Origin: an uncultured Mageeibacillus sp.
GTDB lineage: Bacteria > Bacillota > Clostridia > Saccharofermentanales > DTU023
DNA length: 46,397 nucleotides
Direction of reading: 5' to 3'
NCBI GenBank assembly: GCA_964346085.1
Contig: CAYFSZ010000002.1
Location: 1 to 46,397 of the forward strand
Position 1 is the stretch's first letter, and each line of letters opens with the position of its first letter. Shown in pieces: positions 37,181-46,397 of the stretch. The notes under the pieces were generated by a model that made no database searches, was not told the origin of the DNA, and was given only the letters and a program-made list of their open reading frames with translations. The translations under genes were made by a program, and so were the position numbers.

Positions 37181-37519
37181 TTATTCCTCCTCTATATCTT
37201 CTGTGTCGATAACAGAGCTTTTTCGCAACAAGAATAAAGTCCAGAATGTAATCATGAATATTAATAATTCAATTCCAGTTAAGAGTCCGAATGTCTCTAA
37301 TTTATTCCCTGAAAGGAAAACGTTGAGCAATATTATCGCCACAATGCATAAAGAATAAATCAAAAATTTTCCTAAGGGATTATAACGAAAAAATACCAAA
37401 ACAGTGTGAAAAGCGGTTGTGCTTTGCCCATCATTTTGCAATTTCTTCTGTTCTTTTCCCGTGGTCTTTTTTGAAGTACCCTTTTTACTTGTTTTAGATT
37501 TACCAGTTTGATTCTTCAT
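37181..37519 (-). CDS. small membrane protein with Lys/Thr-rich N-terminal tail
   Basis: 112 aa. Basic tail KSKTSKKGTSKKTTGKEQKK, then 2-3 hydrophobic helices and an acidic C-terminus. Its stop is 2 nt from the nagB start. Confidence 0.5.
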   Translation of the reverse strand: MKNQTGKSKTSKKGTSKKTTGKEQKKLQNDGQSTTAFHTVLVFFRYNPLGKFLIYSLCIVAIILLNVFLSGNKLETFGLLTGIELLIFMITFWTLFLLRKSSVIDTEDIEEE

Positions 37520-37578
37520 AAATTACTTTATTTCTTCATTCTCCTTTTATTTAATTTAACAATATAATTCATAACTAA

Positions 37579-39474
37579 TCAATAGTCATTCTCAATTTTT
37601 TCTGGCAATAAAGGTTTGACGAAATAAGTTTTAAAGTGAGTGTAGATGACCATTCCTGGTTTGGCACCTTTGGGCTTTTTGACGTATTTTGCCAAACAAG
37701 AATCCACTGCAATATTACCGCCAAAACCACTTTTAATTTTATTGCTTTCACTATACCAGGCAGCAATTTGAGCTGCTTTCTCTATGTGCTCATTTTCTAT
37801 TTCAATGCCATCTTCTGCTTTTAAAATGACATGCGTTCCTGCTATGTCCTTAGCGTGGAACCATAAATCGTCATCATCTGCAATGCGCATTGATAATTCA
37901 TCATTTTGCAAATTATTCCTTCCGGCAAGAGCAATGATTCCTTTATCTAATAAAAATTCTCGGAATGGCAATGACTCTTCCTTCTTCACTTTTTCTTTCT
38001 TCTTTTTATTCTGTTGCTTTTTTTGTAAATATTTTTTGCTTTTTTTACCAGGCTTTCCTGGGTTTAATGCGCTTTTTAGAATATGTTTCTCATTCTGCGC
38101 ATCATTACTTCGCTTCTCTTTCTCCGGTTTTTCTACACTTTTTATTTCTTGTTGAATAGCTTTTAAGTCTGAAATATTTTCTGCTTTATCGAGAGCTGTC
38201 CGCAATGAATAGAGCCATTGTATTTCTGCTTTATCCTCTTCTAACAACTTCGTAGAACTTACTAATTTAGATTGCGCTTTGCGATACTTTTTGAAAAACA
38301 CTGCAGCATTATCTGCTGGTGTCAAATGTGATTTGAGAGGAATTTTTAATTCTTTCTGTTCAGGATCAAAATAATCAATCAGCACTACCTCTTCAGCTCC
38401 ATCTTTCACTAGATAGAGTTGAGAATTTAATAACTCACCCATGTTTTTGAAGTATTCTGCTTTTTGACCCTCTTCATAATCTTTTTGATGATAATCTAAT
38501 TTCTTCTGCACATGTTGAACTGTCTGATTAATTAATCGTTCAAGGTCCGCTTTTCTCTGTGAGAAAACTTTCACTTCATCTTGTAATAAATAGAACACAT
38601 CCATTGCCATTGAAAATGAATCTATTTTTTTATAAAAAGGCTGTCTCGGGAGCAAAAACGCATGAAAATCAAAAGGTTCTGTATCATTTTCTCCTTTGAA
38701 ATAGAGCGTTGGACAGTCAGCTCCTATAAAAAACATTTCAGCAATTTTATAGAAAGACTTACTGAGTATTTTCTTCTGTTCGATGCTAAGTTGATCAACA
38801 TGCAAACGAGAATCTAAGCCTGAATCATCAACAATCGATCTAGCAATTAAAGGAGAAAATCCTAGTACATAATTCAAAAGACAGCGCTCTAAGTTTAATG
38901 CATTTTCATGTTCATTTAAGCATGGTAAAATTTCATTTTCATTAGACAGAATCTGTTCAAGTGTCAATTTATTTTGCGCAGGTGGTAAATCATAAACTCT
39001 AGCAGGCATAATTTCACGTTTGCTAGAAATTTCTTGATCAACATGAATCAAAGCGTCATGAATTTTATTTTCCTCATTTAAGAAAATGATATTCGAATAT
39101 CTACCCATTATTTCTGCAACTAATGTTTTTATGACTGAATCACCTAATTCATTCTTCGTCGCAAATCTGAAAAGAAATACTCGTTCATAGTCTGGTTGTT
39201 CAATATCAATTAAAGTTGCTCCAACGAGATGTTTTCTTAACATCATACAAAATGATGGCGGCATTTGAGGATTTGAAAATTCACGACTCGTCAAAAAAAT
39301 TCGCGGGGATGCCGGATTTGCTGAAATCAGCAATTTCTTCATGACTCGATTTGTTCTAAAATGCAATAAAATTGTAAAGCGATTCGGCTGGTAAACTTTA
39401 TCGATTTTCGCATCTTTTAGTTCATAAATTAATTCCTTTGCTAAAAACTTTGAACTAATTCCATCTAAAGGCAT
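37579..39474 (-). CDS. rqcH: ribosome quality control protein RqcH (NFACT / FbpA family)
   Basis: 631 aa. NFACT-N (PPSFCMMLRKHL), coiled-coil middle, Lys-rich linker, NFACT-R/DUF814 (DLWFHAKDIAGTHVILK). Confidence 0.9.
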   Translation of the reverse strand: MPLDGISSKFLAKELIYELKDAKIDKVYQPNRFTILLHFRTNRVMKKLLISANPASPRIFLTSREFSNPQMPPSFCMMLRKHLVGATLIDIEQPDYERVFLFRFATKNELGDSVIKTLVAEIMGRYSNIIFLNEENKIHDALIHVDQEISSKREIMPARVYDLPPAQNKLTLEQILSNENEILPCLNEHENALNLERCLLNYVLGFSPLIARSIVDDSGLDSRLHVDQLSIEQKKILSKSFYKIAEMFFIGADCPTLYFKGENDTEPFDFHAFLLPRQPFYKKIDSFSMAMDVFYLLQDEVKVFSQRKADLERLINQTVQHVQKKLDYHQKDYEEGQKAEYFKNMGELLNSQLYLVKDGAEEVVLIDYFDPEQKELKIPLKSHLTPADNAAVFFKKYRKAQSKLVSSTKLLEEDKAEIQWLYSLRTALDKAENISDLKAIQQEIKSVEKPEKEKRSNDAQNEKHILKSALNPGKPGKKSKKYLQKKQQNKKKKEKVKKEESLPFREFLLDKGIIALAGRNNLQNDELSMRIADDDDLWFHAKDIAGTHVILKAEDGIEIENEHIEKAAQIAAWYSESNKIKSGFGGNIAVDSCLAKYVKKPKGAKPGMVIYTHFKTYFVKPLLPEKIENDY

Positions 39475-40088
39475 ACAACTCGCCCTTCTTGTAATTGATT
39501 TTTTAGATTCTGAGGAATTTCGTAACTAGCTTGCTGTTTCACGATTTTCTTTTGGAAATCAGAATCCGCTAATGAAATCGCGCAACCACAGTATTTTTGG
39601 CGATATAATCCATCTTCTCTAGCCATTTGTTGGCCTTTTCTAAAGCCTTCTGTAAAATCGACTTCTAAGTAGGAAACACCAAATTTTTCAGCATTTCGCT
39701 TTCCCGCTGCGTGTATTAAATCATGTTTTTGATATGGGCTGACTAACAAAGTCGTTGTAAAAACATCAAAATCATTCTCTTTCGCATATTCTGCTACTCG
39801 TTCAAAACGATGATCATAACAAAATGCACAACGTTCAATCGTACGACCGTAGGAACACCATGTTCTAGGATCACATTTCTCTTCAACTAATATCGGTAGT
39901 TTGCGAATTTCAGCTAAACGCATCGCGCCTTCTAAACGGCGATACCACTCTTTCTCAGGTTGAATATTAGGATTATAAAAATACAAAGTAATGTCATATT
40001 TTTCATAGGACTTTAACAACTCTGTAGGATATTCTCCACAAGGTCCACAACACAAATGCAATAACATTTTTTCTACTTTATCACTCAT
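39465..40088 (-). CDS. queH: epoxyqueuosine reductase QueH (DUF208)
   Basis: 207 aa. LHLCCGPCG and YCGC cysteine motifs, plus CAFCY. Confidence 0.88.
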   Translation of the reverse strand: MSDKVEKMLLHLCCGPCGEYPTELLKSYEKYDITLYFYNPNIQPEKEWYRRLEGAMRLAEIRKLPILVEEKCDPRTWCSYGRTIERCAFCYDHRFERVAEYAKENDFDVFTTTLLVSPYQKHDLIHAAGKRNAEKFGVSYLEVDFTEGFRKGQQMAREDGLYRQKYCGCAISLADSDFQKKIVKQQASYEIPQNLKNQLQEGRVVCL

Positions 40089-40093
40089 TAACT

Positions 40094-41194
40094 TTATTCC
40101 TTTTCTTCTAATTCCATTTGTTGTAGCAACATGTTATTTTTACTATTTACGGGAGGTGTCATGTGCAAATGCTCCCAACCATATTTTGTTAAAATTCTAC
40201 CACGAGGTGTTTTAGCGATAAAGCCTAATTGCATTAAATACGGTTCACAAACATCTTCGATGGTTTTTGCATCTTCACCAGTCATTGCAGCCAAAGTATC
40301 AAGTCCAACAGGCCCTCCTCCAAACGTTTCAGCCATCGCTAGCATTAAATTTCTGTCCGTATTGTCAAGGCCACGTTCATCTATCTCCAAGGCCTTCAAT
40401 CCTTTACTAACCACATCAACATCAATGATACCAGTACCCTTTACCTCTGCAAAATCTCGCATTCGGCGCAATAAACGAATTGCAATTCTCGGCGTACCTC
40501 GGCATCTTGCGGACAACATTTCTAATCCTTCTTTATCCATCTTTACATCCATTAGCTCTGCATTATGAGCTAATATTTTTGCAACTTCTTGTGGTGAATA
40601 AAGCTCAAGTCGATGAATCATACCAAAACGATCGCGCAGAGGTGCACTCAAAGAACCCGCTCTCGTCGTAGCGCCAATCAGTGTAAATTGCGGCAAATCT
40701 AAACGAATAGATCTAGCACTTGGTCCTTTACCGATGATAATATCAACAATGTAGTCTTCCATCGCAGGATATAAAATTTCTTCAACTTGATAATTCAAAC
40801 GATGAATTTCATCAATGAATAACACATCATTCGGTTGAAGATTCGTTAGCAGAGCAACCAAATCACCTTGGCGCTCTATCGCTGGCCCAGAGGTGACTCG
40901 AATATTAGAATTCATACTTTGGGCAATTATCCCTGCCAACGTTGTTTTTCCAAGTCCTGGAGGACCATAAAGCAACACATGATCTAAAGATTCTCCTCTT
41001 TTTTTTGCTGCCTCGATAAAAACTTTTAGGTTTTCTTTGATTTTATTTTGGCCATAAAAATGCTCAAACGTCAAAGGTCTCAAGGCACCTTCACCTGCAT
41101 CATCCGCTCTTATCTCACGGTCAACAATTCTAGGTTCATCCATTTCTATATCGAAATCTTGATTAAAAATACTATAAAAACCATCTTCACTCAT
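40094..41194 (-). CDS. ruvB: Holliday junction branch migration helicase RuvB
   Basis: Walker [12 protein letters not shown], Walker B LFIDEIH, sensor TTRAG, RGTPRIA. Confidence 0.97.
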   Translation of the reverse strand: MSEDGFYSIFNQDFDIEMDEPRIVDREIRADDAGEGALRPLTFEHFYGQNKIKENLKVFIEAAKKRGESLDHVLLYGPPGLGKTTLAGIIAQSMNSNIRVTSGPAIERQGDLVALLTNLQPNDVLFIDEIHRLNYQVEEILYPAMEDYIVDIIIGKGPSARSIRLDLPQFTLIGATTRAGSLSAPLRDRFGMIHRLELYSPQEVAKILAHNAELMDVKMDKEGLEMLSARCRGTPRIAIRLLRRMRDFAEVKGTGIIDVDVVSKGLKALEIDERGLDNTDRNLMLAMAETFGGGPVGLDTLAAMTGEDAKTIEDVCEPYLMQLGFIAKTPRGRILTKYGWEHLHMTPPVNSKNNMLLQQMELEEKE

Positions 41195-41227
41195 TAATGA
41201 TCATCCCTTTATATGAATTTTTCATTC

Positions 41228-41869
41228 TTATAAACGCACCAAAAATTTAAGTGCATTTTTCAATAATGCTTCAAGTGTCACTTCTTGCTCATTGTTCTGC
41301 ATATCCGAAATAGCTTTTGCAACAGCCTGCTCTGCTTCTCTTTCTCCATAACCAAGAACCACCAATGCTGCAATCGCCTCATTTCTCGCCCCAACAAAAC
41401 CTTGTTGTACAATTGAGTTATTGAACTCTTCGTTTTCTTTCTGTACCTTTTCAATTGCGGGCATAGATTTTTTGAGCTTATCTTTTAATTCAAGAATAAT
41501 ACGCTGCGCACCTTTTTTACCAATGCCTTTAATTCTAGTTAAAATTTCATAATTATCATTCAATACAGCAAGTGCAAAAGCATCTGAGCTTATATTGGCT
41601 ACAATCGTTCCTGCTACTTTCGGCCCGATACCACTAACTGTAATTAATAGTTCAAATAAACTTTTCATTTCTTGACTTGGAAAACCAAATAATGAAATTT
41701 CATTTTCACGCACATTCATATATGTCCATACTTTTGCTTCTTCTCCAATGGGAGGAAATTGTGCAGCTAATGCCGCATCACAATTAATTTGAAAACCTAC
41801 TCCTTGAACAGAAATGATAAAATTCTCTGGATTTTTCTGAATGATCTTTCCTTCTATATAAGCTAACAT
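41228..41869 (-). CDS. ruvA: Holliday junction DNA-binding protein RuvA
   Basis: OB domain followed by two HhH motifs (VSGIGPKVA, IKGIGKKGAQRI) and a C-terminal domain III. Confidence 0.95.
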   Translation of the reverse strand: MLAYIEGKIIQKNPENFIISVQGVGFQINCDAALAAQFPPIGEEAKVWTYMNVRENEISLFGFPSQEMKSLFELLITVSGIGPKVAGTIVANISSDAFALAVLNDNYEILTRIKGIGKKGAQRIILELKDKLKKSMPAIEKVQKENEEFNNSIVQQGFVGARNEAIAALVVLGYGEREAEQAVAKAISDMQNNEQEVTLEALLKNALKFLVRL

Positions 41870-41887
41870 TTACAAATCTTCCTTATC

Positions 41888-42394
41888 TTATTTTTGATAT
41901 CCACCAACGGCTAGTGAATCCAATCGATTACCGCTATGCGCATGACAAATAGCAATGGCTATCGCATCCGCGACATCATCTGGTTTTGGAATTGTCTTTA
42001 ATTTCAAAAAGATTTTTACCATTTCTTGCACTTGTGCTTTCTCCGCTAAGCCATATCCTGTTACTGCTAATTTCACCTGTTTTGGCGTATATTCAAAAAC
42101 AGGAATTCCTGCACTTGCAGCCGTCACCACAGCAACACCTCTCGCTTGAGCTGTGCCAATTGCTGTTGTTGTATTTCGACTAAAGAATAGTTCTTCAATC
42201 GCCATCACCTCTGGCTGATAATGCTCAATCAATTGTTCTAAACTTTGTTTAATGACTAAAAGCCGATTCGGGAAATATGATTTCGCCTTTGTTTTAATCA
42301 TGCCATAATCTAATACTTTGAACTTATTATCTGTATAGTCTATCAATGCATATCCAGTAATGGCATAACCTGGATCAATCCCTAGAATAATCAT
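41888..42394 (-). CDS. ruvC: crossover junction endodeoxyribonuclease RuvC
   Basis: 168 aa. ILGIDPG (catalytic Asp), AIEELFF (Glu), DVADAIAIAICH (Asp/His). AAGGA SD. Confidence 0.93.
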   Translation of the reverse strand: MIILGIDPGYAITGYALIDYTDNKFKVLDYGMIKTKAKSYFPNRLLVIKQSLEQLIEHYQPEVMAIEELFFSRNTTTAIGTAQARGVAVVTAASAGIPVFEYTPKQVKLAVTGYGLAEKAQVQEMVKIFLKLKTIPKPDDVADAIAIAICHAHSGNRLDSLAVGGYQK

Positions 42395-42410
42395 ATTCGT
42401 CCTTCACAAT

Positions 42411-42424
42411 CAAACATTTGTTCT
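42411..42424. promoter_or_regulatory. LexA (Cheo) box-like inverted repeat at the ruvC promoter
   Basis: The minus strand reads aGAACAAATGTTtG against the Bacillus-type consensus CGAAC-N4-GTTCG (2 mismatches). It lies directly downstream of a TGtTAAAAT extended -10 and 17 nt upstream of the ruvC ATG. Confidence 0.25.
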
Positions 42425-42516
42425 TATTTTAACATAATATTTTTCAAATCAGAATTTTTTATATAGAATTTTAATATGTTATCTTAAATAGTAGAAATTC
42501 AACGAAATGAGATATT

Positions 42517-43575
42517 ATGGAAAAAAAGAAATTAGAACCAAATAGAGGTTATTTCTCTCTTAATAAAAAACAAAAGGCAATTCGCCGACAATCATGGATT
42601 AGAATTATCAAATCCTTTATTCTGCGTGGGCCTGAAAAATGGAGAGGTAAAAGCGCAGGTCGTATTTGGGATTATGTCATCGACTATGTACTGCTAACAA
42701 CACACTATGATTTATTTGGACAAGCAGCCTCTGTTGTTTACTATTTGTTGTTGACTTTTTTCCCAATTCTGATTTTAACAATGTATTTCATCTCAATTCT
42801 AACCAGAAATCTAGATTTATCTCCTGATACAATCATGATGATTAGATCATTTTTGCCAGAACCAATCCTTAATATTGTAACTGGTTTATCAACAGATATT
42901 ATCGCCCCCATATCTAGGTTTTCTTTGGTGGCTTCATTTGCCACAACTTTGTGGGCAGCTAGTAAAGGTGTTGGTCAAGTATTTCAGGGAATTGCAAGAA
43001 TTTATCCTAAAAAAGAAAAAGGATTATCTTTATCTAATCGTGCTGCGGCAATTATTTTAACCATCTTTATTTTCATCCTATTGGGATTAGCCACGTTAAT
43101 AATGAGTTTCGGACGTGTTGTTTTTCATTTCATTATGACTCATTTGACGTTTATAAGGTTCAATAGAAGTTTAATTGATATCAGCACCTATGGAATCGGA
43201 TTTTTATTGATTTTTGCAATTCTATTTATTTTATATTTTATTTCAACAAAAAGATCGCCTGAAAAAATACCGAAAGTGCCTGGAGCATTGTTCGCTACAA
43301 TTGCTTGGGTTGCTTTATCTTTCTTTTACTCGATATATATTGCAAGCAAAGCAAATTTAGACAGCTTATATGGAGGATTAGCAAACATTATCATATTAAT
43401 GCTATGGTTAAACTTCACCGTGCAAATTATTCTATTTGGGGCTTTGATTAATTATCAAATAGCTTGGTATCGCAAGCAAAACAAGCATGATTATCTAATT
43501 TTGAATGAGACAATCAAAGAAATAGGCGATGACGAAAATCCATTCCATCATCTAAAGAAAGAGAATTTAAAATAG
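42517..43575 (+). CDS. YihY/BrkB (virulence factor BrkB / former RNase BN) family membrane protein
   Basis: 352 aa, about 6 TM helices. N-terminal basic region, YYLLLTFFP- and LYGGLANIIILMLWLNF-type motifs. Confidence 0.8.
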   Translation: MEKKKLEPNRGYFSLNKKQKAIRRQSWIRIIKSFILRGPEKWRGKSAGRIWDYVIDYVLLTTHYDLFGQAASVVYYLLLTFFPILILTMYFISILTRNLDLSPDTIMMIRSFLPEPILNIVTGLSTDIIAPISRFSLVASFATTLWAASKGVGQVFQGIARIYPKKEKGLSLSNRAAAIILTIFIFILLGLATLIMSFGRVVFHFIMTHLTFIRFNRSLIDISTYGIGFLLIFAILFILYFISTKRSPEKIPKVPGALFATIAWVALSFFYSIYIASKANLDSLYGGLANIIILMLWLNFTVQIILFGALINYQIAWYRKQNKHDYLILNETIKEIGDDENPFHHLKKENLK

Positions 43576-43576
43576 C

Positions 43577-44041
43577 TCATTTTTCTGTCTTGTGTTTCAA
43601 ATCATCAGTATCAAGGAGAATTGTAAACGGACCATCATTCAGAAGTTCTACTTTCATATCTGCACCAAACTCACCATGTTGGCAGTTAGGAAATTCCTGT
43701 TTTGCCAGATTGAGAACATATTCATACAACTCTTCTCCTAGAGCTGCTGAAGCAGAATTGGTGAAACTTGGCCGATTCCCTTTGCGACAGTCTGCGTAAA
43801 GTGTAAATTGAGAAATGATAAGAATATTCCCATCGATGGTTTTGAGATTTAGATTCGTTTTTCCATTTTCATCCGCAAATATTCTCATATTTGATATTTT
43901 TTTCCAAAGTAAATCCGCCTCACTTTTTGTATCCTCTTTTCCTACTCCAAGAAATACTAAGAGACCTTCCTTAATTTCTCCAATAATTTTTTGATTAACT
44001 GTAACACTAGCTTTTCTTACTCTTTGTACAACTGCTCTCAT
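43577..44041 (-). CDS. dtd: D-aminoacyl-tRNA deacylase
   Basis: MRAVVQRV..., SQFTLYADCRKGNRPSF, NDGPFT. The second ATG is preferred (SD spacing, typical N-terminus); the longest ORF starts at 44044. Confidence 0.93.
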   Translation of the reverse strand: MRAVVQRVRKASVTVNQKIIGEIKEGLLVFLGVGKEDTKSEADLLWKKISNMRIFADENGKTNLNLKTIDGNILIISQFTLYADCRKGNRPSFTNSASAALGEELYEYVLNLAKQEFPNCQHGEFGADMKVELLNDGPFTILLDTDDLKHKTEK

Positions 44042-44145
44042 CATCTTTCCTTCTTTATCGAATTATTCTACTTGTGACATAGACTAGAATATTCTACTAT
44101 AAGTAAAGAATAGCGTCATTTTATAAAACAAAGAAAGTTTACAGG

Positions 44146-45198
44146 ATGAAAAAAGAAACCTCAATTTTCACGAATGTACTCGCTTTTATTATCACCTTAA
44201 TATTAGCATTAATTCTGCTGTTCGTTATTTTAGGTAATCCATTCTCTGCAAAAAAAAATAATTTCGAAATGTCTTCAGTTACACAAAAAGTATCAAATCT
44301 AGCTGAGTCCAGTTCACAGACAAAAATTGGGCAATCCACATCATCAATCGTAACATCGATGCCAGAAACTGAATCATATCAGGCAAAGTCCTTCTCGACA
44401 ACTCACACTGAGGAAGAAGAAAAAGGAGTTTCCATAGAGCGACTAAATCAGATGGTTACAAATGTCATTGAACCTACTTATGAGAATTTTAATGGAACGG
44501 TTCAAATAGCATTCAAAGAGTTAAATCATGACTTTATGTACTCAAATTATGATGAGAATGTATTTTTATATCCCGCAAGCCTTCCAAAGTTATTTATGAT
44601 GTCCTACATCTATCACTTAGAAGATAAAGGTGTGTTAGAAATCACTGATGAAGTTTTTACTTTGATTGATGGCATGATTGTTTATAGTTATAACCATTCT
44701 TATAATGAGCTTTTGATAATAGCAGCGAATGCTTTGAATGGGAAAAACCCATTTACAGAACTAGACACATTTTTAGATAAATATGGATTTAATGATACAA
44801 TTCTTCACTCCTATTATTCCATTTCAGGTCAATATGAAGTTTTGTTAGCTCCATTCTTAAGTGACTTTACATTTCAGACAACCGTTGATGATATCGCATT
44901 ATTCTACGAACTATTATACAAAGAAAATTTAGTTAGTGCAGAGTCCTCAAAAGCAATGCTTGAAATTCTTGAAAAACAAAGTAGAACTTCAAAAATCCCT
45001 GCTCTATTGCCCGAGCATGTCATTTTTTATAATAAAACAGGAGAACTTGATTATTTTACACATGATAGCGCACTCATTCTTTCTCCTAATGCTGATTATA
45101 TTTTGGTAATCATGACCGCTGCAGAATATGATGCTTATCAAAACGAGTTGGCAATTCAAGAAATTTCCTATAACATATATAACTTTCTCAATCCTTGA
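44146..45198 (+). CDS. membrane-anchored class A beta-lactamase-like serine hydrolase
   Basis: 350 aa. N-terminal TM anchor, Ser/Thr/Glu-rich linker, SxxK = SLPK, SYN in place of SDN, KTG = NKTGE. Confidence 0.7.
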   Translation: MKKETSIFTNVLAFIITLILALILLFVILGNPFSAKKNNFEMSSVTQKVSNLAESSSQTKIGQSTSSIVTSMPETESYQAKSFSTTHTEEEEKGVSIERLNQMVTNVIEPTYENFNGTVQIAFKELNHDFMYSNYDENVFLYPASLPKLFMMSYIYHLEDKGVLEITDEVFTLIDGMIVYSYNHSYNELLIIAANALNGKNPFTELDTFLDKYGFNDTILHSYYSISGQYEVLLAPFLSDFTFQTTVDDIALFYELLYKENLVSAESSKAMLEILEKQSRTSKIPALLPEHVIFYNKTGELDYFTHDSALILSPNADYILVIMTAAEYDAYQNELAIQEISYNIYNFLNP

Positions 45199-45212
45199 TT
45201 GGAGTTTTTTTA

Positions 45213-46337
45213 ATGAATCAAGCATCTTTTTATAAAAAAATATTACTTTGTTTTTTAATTTGCAGTCAATTATTTTTAGTATCATGTCAATCCAGAAAAT
45301 CAACGATCGACTTTTCCAAACAAAACCGAGAAAAGCCAATCGAAACGACTGAAAAAACAGAAAATACCTCCGAAACTTTTCAAGAACCAGAACAGACAAA
45401 CACTTCTGTATACACACTTCCTGCTCGGTCAGATCAAATCGAAGTAACTGTTTCTGAAACATCGATATTGGAAAGCGAGCAATTGAAAAACACTAAAATT
45501 TCAAAAACAGAGTTGCCAGAAAACACCGAAATAAAAGAAACAGAAATTTTGGAATCAGAGAGTTCATCAAGTGATCAAACGAATGTTCAAGCACCTGTAT
45601 CTGATTCTATTAAAAATATTATCGATACTTATATTGCCGAATATCCTGGAATCATGTACGTTTCATTCAAAAATTTGACTTCTGGTCAGGAGTATATTTA
45701 TTCAGAAGAAGCTGTTTATGCTGCTAGCCTATCTAAATTATTTATGATGGGAACAGTTTACGATGCAATTGAAAACGGAATCATCGAATATTCCCCTGCA
45801 GTTGAACAGTACTTGGAAATCATGATAACCATCAGCGACAATAATGCATATAATCAATTTGTCTTCATGCTACAGGAAGCAATTCCTGATCGAAATGTCT
45901 TTTTGCTTTTAGATGAATTTTGCGCAAAATACGGTTTCTCCGACACGATAATTCATAATCTATTGCAATTGCCTGGTGATAGCTATTATCGATATCCAAC
46001 GGACCATGTTCTCGTTACAAGTGCGCGAGATGTCGGACGATTTTTAGATTTAGTATATCGAGGCGAAATGATCAACCCCGAAGTTTCGGAAGAAATGCTT
46101 GGTAGACTTAGAAGACAGCAACGTTTAGGTAAAATTCCAGCACTTCTTCCAGCTGATGCTGTAACCGCAAACAAAACCGGTGAAAGAGATTATTACAGCC
46201 ATGACTCAGCTATTATTGTCAGCCCAAAAGCAGATTATGTACTTGTCGTAATGACAGATGCAGCTCCTGCAGGGGTAATGGGAGATGGCTATATTCAGAG
46301 TTTGTCATTAGATATTTACAACGAATTAAATAAATGA
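45213..46337 (+). CDS. class A beta-lactamase-like serine hydrolase, predicted lipoprotein
   Basis: Start placed at the ATG at 45213 (GGAG 8 nt upstream); the longest ORF starts at a TTG at 45195. Signal peptide with lipobox LVSC. Long Glu/Thr/Ser-rich linker. SxxK = SLSK, SDN, KTG = NKTGE. Confidence 0.75.
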   Translation: MNQASFYKKILLCFLICSQLFLVSCQSRKSTIDFSKQNREKPIETTEKTENTSETFQEPEQTNTSVYTLPARSDQIEVTVSETSILESEQLKNTKISKTELPENTEIKETEILESESSSSDQTNVQAPVSDSIKNIIDTYIAEYPGIMYVSFKNLTSGQEYIYSEEAVYAASLSKLFMMGTVYDAIENGIIEYSPAVEQYLEIMITISDNNAYNQFVFMLQEAIPDRNVFLLLDEFCAKYGFSDTIIHNLLQLPGDSYYRYPTDHVLVTSARDVGRFLDLVYRGEMINPEVSEEMLGRLRRQQRLGKIPALLPADAVTANKTGERDYYSHDSAIIVSPKADYVLVVMTDAAPAGVMGDGYIQSLSLDIYNELNK

Positions 46338-46397
46338 TTTCAGTGATAAAAGTTTTGGTTCGTCACTACTCGATTTTACATAGTATTAGTGACAATT

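Noticed and set aside
37960-38100. A/T-rich, poly-lysine-encoding low-complexity stretch that looks like a simple repeat
   Set aside because: It is the in-frame Lys-rich linker of RqcH (KKSKKYLQKKQQNKKKKEKVKKEE), not a repeat element or a frameshift site.
40131-40568. 145-aa plus-strand ORF antisense to ruvB
   Set aside because: Embedded in the highly conserved ruvB. No motifs and no SD.
45004-45462. 152-aa minus-strand ORF spanning the junction of the two beta-lactamase-like genes
   Set aside because: Overlaps two better-supported plus-strand CDSs. Lys/Phe/Ile-rich translation typical of the AT-rich antisense frame.
1-46397. Window-wide search for tRNA/rRNA genes, CRISPR repeats, IS elements or transposases, integrases, phage genes, riboswitch or T-box leaders, and long direct or inverted repeats
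   Set aside because: All intergenic gaps are 161 nt or shorter and mostly very AT-rich. None shows tRNA-like GC-rich stems, spaced repeats, terminal inverted repeats or known leader consensus sequences.

Overview
Visibly AT-rich chromosomal segment from a low-GC Gram-positive bacterium (Bacillota-like gene content and AGGAGG-type ribosome binding sites). It is tightly packed and almost entirely housekeeping. From 12.7 to 33.8 kb every gene is on the minus strand: secA, pheST, an mreCD-PBP2 block, radC, asnS, holA, comEC, engB. Other genes are mutY, a CNNM/Ca-ATPase/TrpB2 operon, an SbcE/SbcF-like (YhaN/YhaO-like) pair, ruvCAB-queH-rqcH-nagB, dtd and yihY. I found no rRNA, tRNA, CRISPR array, IS element, integrase or phage gene. 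The best candidate for something undescribed is a self-contained three-gene operon (15644-18366, minus strand) between the pheST terminator and secA. All three proteins start with Tad-type (class III signal-like) pseudopilin N-termini, but no pilin, ATPase, platform or prepilin peptidase is in the window. The last protein ends in a domain whose motif pattern recalls PD-(D/E)xK-type polymorphic-toxin modules, with the presumed catalytic positions substituted. The window also holds several enzyme look-alikes that have lost catalytic residues: a GH13 oligo-1,6-glucosidase homolog with all three catalytic carboxylates changed, and a methylglyoxal-synthase-like protein lacking the catalytic His/Asp set, coupled to a glyoxalase-II-like MBL hydrolase. 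Further points are two tandem long PRPP-synthetase paralogs of unequal conservation, two tandem class-A beta-lactamase-like exported proteins, an elongasome operon without mreB, rodA or minCDE, and a LexA-box-like site at the ruvC promoter. All family assignments come from motif reading and remembered reference sequences. No database search was run.
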